Assembly: GCA_963822765.1 (NCBI GenBank)
Contig: CAWGJL010000016.1
Span: 79,158-143,157, forward strand
Direction: 5' to 3'
DNA: 64,000 nt
Source of the DNA: an uncultured Actinomycetes bacterium
Lineage (GTDB): Bacteria; Actinomycetota; Actinomycetes; Streptosporangiales; Streptosporangiaceae
Positions 54,460 through 63,388 of the stretch are shown here, in pieces. The notes beneath the pieces are model-generated. The model was not told the origin of the DNA. It did not search any database and saw only the letters and a list, made by a program, of their open reading frames with translations. Position 1 is the first letter of the stretch; each line of letters opens with the position of its first letter. A program made the translations under genes and the position numbers.

Positions 54460-55796
54460 CCGTCTTCGTCGAGGACGCCGTCCTGCTCGACGCGCAGCAA
54501 CGCGCGGGACGGCTCCCGCTCAGTCCCGCCGAACACCGGCGCTGGCAGGAGGTGGCCGCGTACCGCGCGGCCCGCCGGCCCGACCCCAACCCGGAGCGCG
54601 CGGCGGTGCTGCGCGACCTGCTCGGCCTGCCCGGCGCCGACGACCGGCAGGTGCTGCACGCGACGAGCCGGCTGCTCAGCGACGCGGTGACCGGCGACGC
54701 CAAGCCCGCCGGGCCGGCGTACGCGCTGTGCAGGCAATGGTTCGAGGAGGACGTCACGCAGGCCGCCCCGCTGCTCGAGCTGTTCACCGGCCACCACCGC
54801 GACCCCGAGGGCGGGCCGCCCGCGGCCGACCCGGACCTGCTGGACCGGCTCGCCCGGTGGCTGGACCAGCGCGGCGTCCGGCTGCGAGACGCGACCGTCA
54901 TCTCCGGCGGGTTCAGCCGGCTGATGCTCGACGTGCACTGGACCAGCGAGCAGGGCACCGGCGAGCAGGGCACCAGCGGGCAGGAGACCGGCGGGCACGG
55001 CGTGGTGCGGGTCGAGCAGGACGGCATGTTCGCCACCGAGGGCCGCCGCGAGGCGTCCGTCATGCGGATCCTGCGGGCCCGCGGCTATCCCGTGCCCCCC
55101 GTCCTGTGGGAAGAGCCCGACCCGGACGCGCTCGGCCATCCGTTCTTCGTGATGGAGTTCGTCGACGGCCGCGCGCGGACCGATGACGAGGGCCTGGCCG
55201 ACATGCTGCGAGCGCTGCGCCGGCTGCACGACCTCGGCCAGGACGCGACGGACGAGGTCGCCGCGCTGGACGGCCTCCCGCCCGGGCGCGGGCCGGAACA
55301 GGCCATCGACGCCCAGCTGCGGCACTGGCACGACGTGTACCGGTCGGCCGTGCCCTATCCGATCCCGCTGCTCGAACGGGGCTTCGCGTGGCTGCGCGCC
55401 AACCTGCGCCCGACCGGCCCGCCGGTCGTCGTGCACGGCGACCCCGGCCCGGGCAACGCGCTGCAGAACGCCAGCGGGGTGGCCGCGGTCATCGACTGGG
55501 AGCTCGCCCACGCCGGCGACGCGGCCGAGGACTGGGCCTACCTCGCCCTGATCCGCGGCCGCAGGATCGGCTCCCCCGAGTTCTGGAAAAAGAAGCTGGC
55601 CGCGACCGTGGGCGTGGCGTACGACGAGCCGACCTGGAACGCCTGGGAGGCGTTCAACTCGGTCAAGGGCGCCTGCGTCAACCTGACCGCCCTGGACGTC
55701 TTCCCCCGTACCGCCCGTCCCACTCCCGACCTGCTCGCCATCGGGGTCGCCGTGCACCTGCGCTTCCTGCGCCGCGCCGTAGAACTGACCGGCTGA
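54456..55796 (+). CDS. Aminoglycoside/APH-family phosphotransferase with an N-terminal extension of about 150 aa
   Basis: VVHGDPGPGNAL (HxDxxxxN) and VIDWELAHAGDAAEDW. ATGA overlap with the epimerase gene. Contains the internal tract EQGTGEQGTSGQETG. Confidence 0.85.
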   Translation: MTVFVEDAVLLDAQQRAGRLPLSPAEHRRWQEVAAYRAARRPDPNPERAAVLRDLLGLPGADDRQVLHATSRLLSDAVTGDAKPAGPAYALCRQWFEEDVTQAAPLLELFTGHHRDPEGGPPAADPDLLDRLARWLDQRGVRLRDATVISGGFSRLMLDVHWTSEQGTGEQGTSGQETGGHGVVRVEQDGMFATEGRREASVMRILRARGYPVPPVLWEEPDPDALGHPFFVMEFVDGRARTDDEGLADMLRALRRLHDLGQDATDEVAALDGLPPGRGPEQAIDAQLRHWHDVYRSAVPYPIPLLERGFAWLRANLRPTGPPVVVHGDPGPGNALQNASGVAAVIDWELAHAGDAAEDWAYLALIRGRRIGSPEFWKKKLAATVGVAYDEPTWNAWEAFNSVKGACVNLTALDVFPRTARPTPDLLAIGVAVHLRFLRRAVELTG

Positions 55797-55861
55797 ACAA
55801 GCCAGCTGGTCAAGCGGCATCCGGGCGGTAACCCCGTAGCCATCAAGCCTGGCGCCCTAGG

Positions 55862-56767
55862 TCACTGCGCGGCGGAACGCTGATACACGCGGGCTCGGCT
55901 TCTTACCTCGAACCCGGCTTTCAGATACGCCCCGGCCGGGGCCGGGTAGTCGGGTCGCGGGCCGACATTGATGAAGACCTGTTCGCCGCCGAGCGCTGCG
56001 ACCTGCGCAGCCACCTCCAGGCACATCGCTCCGGCCAGGCCTTTGCCGCGATGCCCGGGAACTACTCCCAGCGGCTCAATCTCCGCACACCCGGCCGCCG
56101 GATCCCACCAGGCAATACAGCAGGCTGCCAGCGTCCCGTCGGGTGCCTCGACGACCAGATCCCGGCTCTGCTCATAAAGCCAGGTCCGGCGGACCTGATC
56201 GTAGTGGGCCGGGGTGAACCTGCTGGTTGCCTCCGGCGATATCGCCGGCTGAGAGCCGGCTGGCCACGGCAAGGTCGCCGGGCGCCAAGCTGCCCGATGC
56301 ACCTGGACCCGCGCGTCTAGCTCCTGGTCACGTACGCCGCGGATCTTGTAGCCCTCAGGCAGTAGCGGGCGGCGCGGACTGGCGGAGCGGAACATTCCGG
56401 CAACCGGCCCGGCATCAGCGTCTGGTACGAAGCCAGCCTCGGCAAGCGCATGGCGCATGGCCTCGTCGCCGTCAAACACGGCCGCCGTCAAGTCGCGGCC
56501 CCCGGCGGCGTCAACGGCCCACTCGGTGAGCGTCCGGGCCGCCTCAGCGCTGGCCGGATCAGCGTGCAGGACTATCTCGCCGTTACCGAGACCGGCCCAC
56601 CCGGTCACCCCGCCGCCATCTTCGGCGAGAACCGTCTCATCCGGCAGCTGCTCGATTGCTGCCTCCCAGCCGACACCACCGGGGTGCGGGCCACGCGGCC
56701 ACAGCCGGACCGCGAGCTGCTGCATCGCCGTCGTATCCGCCGGGCCTGCCCACGGTCGCACCATCAT
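55862..56767 (-). CDS. GNAT-family N-acetyltransferase (two GNAT-like halves)
   Basis: LGVVPGHRGKGLAGAM (acetyl-CoA motif A). Noticeably more A/T-ending codons than its neighbours. Start chosen at MMVRPW (GGAG upstream); the ORF is open to 56818. Confidence 0.8.
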   Translation of the reverse strand: MMVRPWAGPADTTAMQQLAVRLWPRGPHPGGVGWEAAIEQLPDETVLAEDGGGVTGWAGLGNGEIVLHADPASAEAARTLTEWAVDAAGGRDLTAAVFDGDEAMRHALAEAGFVPDADAGPVAGMFRSASPRRPLLPEGYKIRGVRDQELDARVQVHRAAWRPATLPWPAGSQPAISPEATSRFTPAHYDQVRRTWLYEQSRDLVVEAPDGTLAACCIAWWDPAAGCAEIEPLGVVPGHRGKGLAGAMCLEVAAQVAALGGEQVFINVGPRPDYPAPAGAYLKAGFEVRSRARVYQRSAAQ

Positions 56768-56834
56768 CGTCACTCCGATCGGAGACCTGACGCCATTCCG
56801 CTCAGCTAGGTTGATCATGGGGCTCAGCCCGGCG

Positions 56835-56898
56835 CTGAATGAGGTGAACCTGGGCTTTCACCTCGTTCAGAGCGTGGTGAAACCCGGGTTTCATTCGG
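56835..56898. repeat. Palindromic element: hairpin plus a 24-nt sequence identical to 1190-1213
   Basis: CTGAATGAGGTGAA (56835-56848) pairs with TTCACCTCGTTCAG (56857-56870). TGGTGAAACCCGGGTTTCATTCGG (56875-56898) is the exact reverse complement of CCGAATGAAACCCGGGTTTCACCA at 1190-1213. Confidence 0.8.
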
Positions 56899-57147
56899 TT
56901 CCGGTCGATCCGGAGCACCCGAGACTTGGTGCTGGCGGTACCAGCGTGACTGAGTCCCATTCCTGGGCCCGCGGTGCTGACCGCGACCACCAGGCCAAGC
57001 GCATTGAGACCTGACACCGAAGAGGCCGGATCGGGGATGGCGGTGGCTGTCTGGTCCGACTGGCGGGGACCGGAACGTGGCGGGGGTTCCTGCTCGACAG
57101 GCCGGCCCCGCAAGGCACCCGCCCCGGCGTCCGGGTACCGTGCCGGT

Positions 57148-57525
57148 ATGACCAACGCGCATGACGTGATCGCGGCTTACTGGGCCGCGGCGAACGCCCG
57201 GGACTGGCCCGCGTTCGGCGCCCTGCTGACCGACGACGTGGTCTACCGCGGTCCGCAGACCAGGGAGCAGGTCCGCGGCCGGGAAGCCTACATCCGGTTC
57301 AACGTGGAGGGCTTCGCGTACGACTGGCACATTACTGTGCAGCGGATCGTCGGCGAAGGCCAGCACGCGGCCAGCTGGATCGAGTTCACCGGCCCGCAGG
57401 GCCCGCAGCCCGGGCTGTGCTTTTTCGAGCTCGCCGACGACGGCCGGATCACCCAGATCACCGACTTCTGGCCCGATCCGTACGAGCTGCCCGACAGCCG
57501 TGCTCATCTGGTCGAACGCTACTGA
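57148..57525 (+). CDS. NTF2/SnoaL-like protein
   Basis: VIAAYWAAANARDWPAFGALLTDDVVYRGPQT. Confidence 0.8.
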   Translation: MTNAHDVIAAYWAAANARDWPAFGALLTDDVVYRGPQTREQVRGREAYIRFNVEGFAYDWHITVQRIVGEGQHAASWIEFTGPQGPQPGLCFFELADDGRITQITDFWPDPYELPDSRAHLVERY

Positions 57526-57533
57526 CCAGACAG

Positions 57534-57947
57534 CTACTGACCCGTAGAACGCAGGGACCGCTCCCGCGACCCGCCGTCGTGGTAGTCCGCCTCGCGGACG
57601 ACGGTCAGCCCGTCGAAGATCAGGTACGACATCCCCTCGACGGTCCAGCGGCGCCCGACCAGCTCCGGGCCCAGGTTGTCCGTGACCTGGGTGGCGCTCA
57701 TCGTCCACAACATGGCCAGCCCGTCCGGGCGCGACCAGAAGTCCCCGGTCGGCTCCAGCACCAGGTCGGGGTAGCGCTGCCGGCCATGGCCGAAGTAGGC
57801 GCGGATCGCGGGCCAGCCGCGGTGCTCGCCGCCGATGGCGTCGTAGAGCACGCCGTCTTCGGCGAAGTAGCGCCGCGGTCCGTCCAGGTCCGTGCCCGAC
57901 CACGCGCCGAACAGCCCGGTAGCTACCTCGATCCGCTGCTCAAACAA
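57534..57947 (-). CDS. NTF2-like protein
   Basis: GLFGAWSGTDLDGPRRYFAEDGVLYD. About 137 aa, high GC3. Confidence 0.7.
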   Translation of the reverse strand: MFEQRIEVATGLFGAWSGTDLDGPRRYFAEDGVLYDAIGGEHRGWPAIRAYFGHGRQRYPDLVLEPTGDFWSRPDGLAMLWTMSATQVTDNLGPELVGRRWTVEGMSYLIFDGLTVVREADYHDGGSRERSLRSTGQ

Positions 57948-57950
57948 GGG

Positions 57951-58997
57951 TCAAGCCTTGCGCCGTGTCGACCGGACCGCCAGCGCCACCGCGATGATCA
58001 GGGCGAAGCCGTTGAACAGGTCGTTGATGTACCCGGGCGCGCCGGCCAGCTGCAGCCCCTTGACGCCCGTCGCGAGCAGGAAGATCGCGATCAGCGTGCC
58101 GAGCACGTTCACCCGGCCGGGCAGGATCTGGGTGGCGCCCAGGAAGACGGCGGAGAAGGCCGGCAGCAGGTAGGGGACCCCGACGTCCGGGCTCGAGGAG
58201 CCGAGCTCGGCGGCCAGCATGACGCCGGCGAACGCCGCCACTACACCGCAGACCACGAAGGCGCCGGTCGTGATGCGGCCGACCCGGATGCCCGCCAGCC
58301 GGGCGGCCTGCGGGTTGCCGCCCACGCTGTACAGGTACCGGCCGGCCGGGGTGTACTCCAGCAGCCACCACAAAATGATGGCCAGGATCACCATGTAGTA
58401 GACCGGCAGCGGCAGGCCGAGGATCTGCTTCTGGCCGATCGCGGTGAAGTGCGGGGAGATGCCGTTGGCCACCTGGAACCCGCCGGTGACCCAGGTCGTG
58501 CCCGCGGCCAGGATGCTGCCCATGCCGAGCGTGGCGATGAACGAGTCGACGTGCAGCATGACCACGATGAACGAGTTGACCAGCCCGACCAGCAGCCCGA
58601 AGGCCAAGGCGGCGAAGATGCCGAGGATGAAGCCGTGGCCGTTGGCCTGGAACCAGACGACGATGCACACCCCCATGCCGAGGGTGCCGCCGATGGACAG
58701 GTCGAACGCGCCGCAGGCCACCGGCACGATCAGGCCCAGGGCCACCATGGCCGTGATGGCCTGCGACCCGGCGATGATCCGGAAGTTGGTGGCCGTGAGG
58801 AACAGGTTCGGCACCCACAGCGCGAAGATGAGGATCAGCACCGCCCACACGTACAGGCCGCTGAACCGGTCCAGGCCGAGGGTGGCCGCCAGGCTTCGCT
58901 GCCTCCGCGCGGCGTGGCTGCCGGCCTGGGCGTCAGGGTCCGGTTCGAGGGACCCGTGCTCGTCCGGCTCGAGGGGCCTGTGCTCGTTGACGGTCAT
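57951..58997 (-). CDS. Sugar-type ABC transporter permease (RbsC/XylH-like)
   Basis: AITAMVALGLIVPVACGAFDLSIGGTLG and GGNPQAARLAGI. Confidence 0.9.
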   Translation of the reverse strand: MTVNEHRPLEPDEHGSLEPDPDAQAGSHAARRQRSLAATLGLDRFSGLYVWAVLILIFALWVPNLFLTATNFRIIAGSQAITAMVALGLIVPVACGAFDLSIGGTLGMGVCIVVWFQANGHGFILGIFAALAFGLLVGLVNSFIVVMLHVDSFIATLGMGSILAAGTTWVTGGFQVANGISPHFTAIGQKQILGLPLPVYYMVILAIILWWLLEYTPAGRYLYSVGGNPQAARLAGIRVGRITTGAFVVCGVVAAFAGVMLAAELGSSSPDVGVPYLLPAFSAVFLGATQILPGRVNVLGTLIAIFLLATGVKGLQLAGAPGYINDLFNGFALIIAVALAVRSTRRKA

Positions 58998-59067
58998 TCC
59001 GGTTCCCTTCTCCCGGTAACGTCCCGGGAGCTCATCGGCTGGCGGGTCCGGCGCGCGGACGGTTCGT

Positions 59068-60576
59068 TCACGCGGCGTCGTGCCGATCACGGCCGATCGT
59101 GGCCGCGGTGATCAGGTCGTGGTCCATCCGGCCGCCGGAGATCTCGTCGGCGATCTTCCCGCGCCGCAGGACCAGCACCCGATGGCATAGCCGGACGAGT
59201 TCCTCGTGGTCGGTGGACACGACGATCACGGCGGTCCCGTCGGCGGCGGCCTCGTCGACGAGCTTGTGGATGTCGGACTTGGCCCCGACGTCCACGCCCT
59301 GGGTGGGCTCGTTGAGGATGAGCACCTTGGGTTTCATCCGCAGCCAGCGGGCCAGCACCACCTTCTGCTGGTTCCCGCCGGACAGGTCGGACATGGCGAA
59401 CTCGCTGTTCCGCGGGCGCACGTCCAGGCGCTCCAGCCACACCGCGACGTCGGAGCGTTCCCGGCCCTTGCGCAGGAAGCCGTTGCGCCAGTGCAGGGAG
59501 GTACCGACTACGGTGATGTTCTCGCGCAGGGTCGAGGTCATGAACGCGGCGTTGGCGTGACGCTCGGCCGGGACCAGCCCCATGCCCAGGGCCATGGCCT
59601 GGTCCGGCCGCATCTTGGGCACCGCGGCCCCGTTGAGCGTGACCTTGCCCGCCCGGTCGACGCCGCCGAACAGCGCCGTCGCCACCTCGTCCCGCCCGGA
59701 GCCGGTGATGCCGGCGATGCCGACGATCTCGCCGGCGTGCACGGTCAGGTCCACATTGCTCAGCACGTCGCAGCCCAGGCCCTTGACCTCCAGGACGACA
59801 TCGCGCTGCTCGGCGGCCTTGGCGTCGTGCACGACGTGCTCTAGCTGGCGCCCGATGACCAGCTCGATCAGCTGGTCTTCGGTCAGTCCGGCCACCGGGC
59901 GGGTGATGATGTGCTTGCCGTCCCGCAGCACCGTGACGTTCTGGGCCAGCTCGAAGACCTCGTCGAAGTGGTGGGACACGAACATGACGGCCATGCCGGA
60001 GTCCGCCACCCGCCTGGCCAGCTGGAACAGCCGCTCGGCCTCCGCCGCGGGCAGGTTGGCCGTCGGCTCGTCCAGGATGAGGACCTTGGCCGGGTTCTGC
60101 CGGGGTGCCAGCGCGCGGGCCACCGCGAGCGCCGTGCGCTCGCTCATGGCCAGGCTGCCGGCCTGCCGGCGAATGTCGAATTCGTAGCCGAGGTCAGCCA
60201 GTGCCGCCCGGGTGCGCTTGCGCTCCTGCCGCCAGCGGATCCGGCCGCGGAAACTGGGATACCCGGCGCCCAGGGCGATGTTGTCCACCGCGTCGAGGTT
60301 GTTGACCAGGCCGAGATCCTGATGGACGAACCGCAGCCCGGCCGCCTCGCTCGCCTCGCCGTGGCCGAGTTGCAGCGCCTCACCGCCCACCTCGGCCGAT
60401 CCCTCGTCGGGCACGTGGAACCCGGCCAGAATCTTAATCAGGGTTGACTTACCTGACCCGTTCTCGCCTACGAGCGCGCGGATCTCGCCCGGCTCGACCG
60501 ACAGGCTCACGCCGTCCAGGACCCGTGGTCCGGCAAAGCTCTTCGACATGTTGGTCACGATCAGCGCGGCCGTCAT
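59068..60576 (-). CDS. Sugar-type ABC transporter ATP-binding protein (duplicated ATPase, RbsA-like)
   Basis: GENGSGKST, ILDEPTANL, second half LSGGNQQKVVLARWL and LILNEPTQGVD. Confidence 0.9.
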   Translation of the reverse strand: MTAALIVTNMSKSFAGPRVLDGVSLSVEPGEIRALVGENGSGKSTLIKILAGFHVPDEGSAEVGGEALQLGHGEASEAAGLRFVHQDLGLVNNLDAVDNIALGAGYPSFRGRIRWRQERKRTRAALADLGYEFDIRRQAGSLAMSERTALAVARALAPRQNPAKVLILDEPTANLPAAEAERLFQLARRVADSGMAVMFVSHHFDEVFELAQNVTVLRDGKHIITRPVAGLTEDQLIELVIGRQLEHVVHDAKAAEQRDVVLEVKGLGCDVLSNVDLTVHAGEIVGIAGITGSGRDEVATALFGGVDRAGKVTLNGAAVPKMRPDQAMALGMGLVPAERHANAAFMTSTLRENITVVGTSLHWRNGFLRKGRERSDVAVWLERLDVRPRNSEFAMSDLSGGNQQKVVLARWLRMKPKVLILNEPTQGVDVGAKSDIHKLVDEAAADGTAVIVVSTDHEELVRLCHRVLVLRRGKIADEISGGRMDHDLITAATIGRDRHDAA

Positions 60577-61020
60577 GCTGCCTCCTGCGACCTGCGGCGG
60601 CGAGTGTTACTCGTTGGCCCGAGGTGGTACGGGGTACCTGCTCGAACTCTTTAGGTGGAGCTTAGGCTTCGGCGTGCCGCAGGACCAGACCCCGTTTCGG
60701 ACGAGTACGGTCTTACCGCAAGCGATACAAAGTTACTGCCCGAATACGGTCAGGTCAACGGGGTCGGTGTCCTGTTACCTGAGGGAGCCGGAACCACCCT
60801 CACGATCAGGTCATCGATTGAGAAAACCACAGTTAGCAGCCGGATTAAGCGCTATCCAGGACCCACGCATAACAACTTCGCTTCGGTGTGAACTGGGTGT
60901 AGACAGTCAGTCCTTGGAAATCCTAGGTTGAGAGCCAACTCAGTAACCTATCGTTAACATGACCCCAGCAGACCCTCGGCTGCCCGGAATCTCCGGGCCG
61001 CTGTGCAGAAGGAGGCGCGG

Positions 61021-62175
61021 ATGAGGAGAACACTCGCGGCTGTCGTCGCGGTTGCTACCTCAATGCTCGCCATCGCCGCGTGCAGTAGCAGCAGTAGCAG
61101 CAGCAGCACCGGCAGCACCGGTGGCGGTACCAGCGCCAGCGCGACGGCCGGTGCCACCAGCGCCGGCATGGCGGCGGCGATGCAGTACGAGCAGCAGTTC
61201 CTGGGCACGCCGACCTCGATCGGCATCACCACGCCGCTCACGTCAAAGCCCGCGACCGGGAAGCTGCTCGTCGGCCTGGACTCCGGCCTCGGCAGCGCGA
61301 AGGTGCTCGCCCAGTACTGGGCGCAGGCCGCTGCGGACATCGGCTGGAAGTACAAGGACCTGATCTCCGGCTCGACCCCGGCCACCCAGCAGGCGGCCAT
61401 GAACTCGGCCATCCAGCTGAGCCCGGCGGGCATCCTCACCAGCGGGATCCCCAACTCCACGATCCAGGCGCAGCTCACCCTCGCCGCGCAGAAGGGCATC
61501 TGGGTCAACAGCAGCGCGGACACCAGCCCGCCGTCGGGCGCCATGTTCGACACCTCGATCGCGAGCCCGGCTCAGCTCGCCGAGTGGGGCAAGATGGTCG
61601 CCGCCTACGTGACCGTCCAGTCGCAGGGCAAGGCCGTCGTCCAGGACTTCCAGCTGACCGCGTTCCCGATCCTGCTGGACTTCGACACCGCGTTCGTGGC
61701 CGCGATGGGCCAGTGGTGCCCGAGCTGCAAGGTCAGCACCAACGCGGTACCCGCGGCCAGCCTCGGCACCAGCGCCCTGACCAGCCAGGTGACCTCCGTC
61801 GTGACCAGGAATCCCAGCACCAACTGGCTGATCTTCGACCTCGGCGACCTGGAGATCGGCGTCGACGCCGCGCTCAAGGCGGCCAGCCTGTCCGGTCTGC
61901 ACATTGGCGGCCTGACCGCGGACACCCCGAACATCGCGGGGCTGAAGGCCGGGACGGAGAGCGTCTGGACCGCGTACTCGCTGCCCATCGTCGCCTACCG
62001 TCAGGTCGACTCGATGGCGCGCAAGTTCGAGAACATGACGCCCCTGAGCGCCAACCTGCCGACGCAGCTGATCACGCCGCAGAACGTCGGCTCGCTGGTA
62101 GTGGACTCGGCGGGCAACTACGTCGGCGTGGCCGACTACCGCACCCAGTTCAAGAAGCTCTGGCTCGAAAGCTAG
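61021..62175 (+). CDS. ABC transporter periplasmic-binding-protein-type lipoprotein
   Basis: Signal peptide with lipobox LAIAAC followed by a Ser/Gly linker. Peripla_BP-like body. Divergent from the ATPase/permease pair. Confidence 0.8.
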   Translation: MRRTLAAVVAVATSMLAIAACSSSSSSSSTGSTGGGTSASATAGATSAGMAAAMQYEQQFLGTPTSIGITTPLTSKPATGKLLVGLDSGLGSAKVLAQYWAQAAADIGWKYKDLISGSTPATQQAAMNSAIQLSPAGILTSGIPNSTIQAQLTLAAQKGIWVNSSADTSPPSGAMFDTSIASPAQLAEWGKMVAAYVTVQSQGKAVVQDFQLTAFPILLDFDTAFVAAMGQWCPSCKVSTNAVPAASLGTSALTSQVTSVVTRNPSTNWLIFDLGDLEIGVDAALKAASLSGLHIGGLTADTPNIAGLKAGTESVWTAYSLPIVAYRQVDSMARKFENMTPLSANLPTQLITPQNVGSLVVDSAGNYVGVADYRTQFKKLWLES

Positions 62176-62258
62176 CGCTGCCAGCTGTACCGCATGCGGA
62201 TGCCGCCCCTGTCCGGGGCGGCATCCGCGCGCGCGGGCCAGCGTGAGAGGCACACGAC

Positions 62259-62822
62259 ATGGCGGAGGAGTCCCTGGAACGGCGGATCGCCCGCCTGGAG
62301 TCCCGGGCGGAGATCGCCGAACTGCTCGCCCGGTACGCCTTCCTGATCGATGACCACGAGTTCGACGCGCTGGGCGAGCTGTTCACGCCGGACGCCCGGT
62401 TCGGCTCGCCGGGCAGCACCCACACGGGCCGCGAGGCCATCGTCGCGAACTACCGGGCCCTCGGCGACCTGTACCCCATCACGCTGCACGAGGCGCGCGG
62501 CTTCGTCCTTGACTTTCTCGACGAGGAACATGCCCGCGGCCAGGTGCTTGGCTTCTCCGAGCAGGCCTCCGCCCGGCACACCGTCATTACGTCGTTCCGG
62601 TACGACGACGAGTACGTCCGCCTGGACGGACGGGACGGACGGTGGCGTTTCGCCTCCCGCCAGGTGCGGACCCTGTACGCCATGACCCACGCCGAGCTCG
62701 CCGCCGGCGGGCTGGCCACCAGGCTGCGCAAGCGCTGGCCGCACCGGACCCCGGCCCCCGCCGAGCTTCCTGCCTACCGCCCCGACGCCGGAACCGACCC
62801 AGCGGCAGGCGGCCGATGCTAG
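62259..62822 (+). CDS. NTF2/SnoaL-like (SnoaL_4-type) protein
   Basis: RIARLESRAEIAELLARYAFLIDDHEFDALGELFTPDARF and YDDEYVRLDGRDGRWRFASR. Confidence 0.8.
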   Translation: MAEESLERRIARLESRAEIAELLARYAFLIDDHEFDALGELFTPDARFGSPGSTHTGREAIVANYRALGDLYPITLHEARGFVLDFLDEEHARGQVLGFSEQASARHTVITSFRYDDEYVRLDGRDGRWRFASRQVRTLYAMTHAELAAGGLATRLRKRWPHRTPAPAELPAYRPDAGTDPAAGGRC

Positions 62823-63388
62823 TCATCGCGATGGAGACGGAGCCCGGCGGGCACGTGCGCTGGGCCGGGCGACGTCATGACGATGACCGGCCGGACGCGA
62901 CCGCCGGCGCCTCGCCCGCCGAGCTGTTCGACGCGGTCTTCCACGCGCTGCACGACGGCGAGCAGGTGGCGCTCGGCCTCGACTGCGCGCTGACTATGCC
63001 GGCAGCCCCGGACCAGGCCTGCGCCGGCGACCTGGCCGAGGCGGCCGCGAACCAGCCGGGCCTGGCCGAGCTGGGCTACCTGCTGGGGGAGCTGGGCAAC
63101 TGGCGGCCGTGGACCACGGTCAGCACGTCGCTGGCGCGGTGGAAGGCGAACACGTCGATCCTGGTCTGGCAGGCCGTCCCGGCGCCCGGCGCGGGCCCCG
63201 TCACGGCCACCGCCGCGACCGACAGCTTCTTCCGCCAGCTGCCCGCCGCCCAGGAGGCCCCAAAGGCCGACGAGACCAACGGGACGGTAGTCAACCTGGC
63301 CGCCGCGACCGCCCGCCGGGCCGGCCTGTTCGTCGACCCGTCCGAGCTGGCCCAGCCCACCGTCTCGATCACCGTGACCGACGGCTGA
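62816..63388 (+). CDS. Hypothetical protein (190 aa)
   Basis: The ATG at 62816 overlaps the upstream stop. High GC3. No recognised motif. Confidence 0.5.
   Translation: MLVIAMETEPGGHVRWAGRRHDDDRPDATAGASPAELFDAVFHALHDGEQVALGLDCALTMPAAPDQACAGDLAEAAANQPGLAELGYLLGELGNWRPWTTVSTSLARWKANTSILVWQAVPAPGAGPVTATAATDSFFRQLPAAQEAPKADETNGTVVNLAAATARRAGLFVDPSELAQPTVSITVTDG

Noticed and set aside
60655-60891. 78-aa ORF in the long ABC intergenic region
   Set aside because: Its third-position GC is low compared with every confident gene in the window, and it has no SD or motifs. It is probably non-coding.
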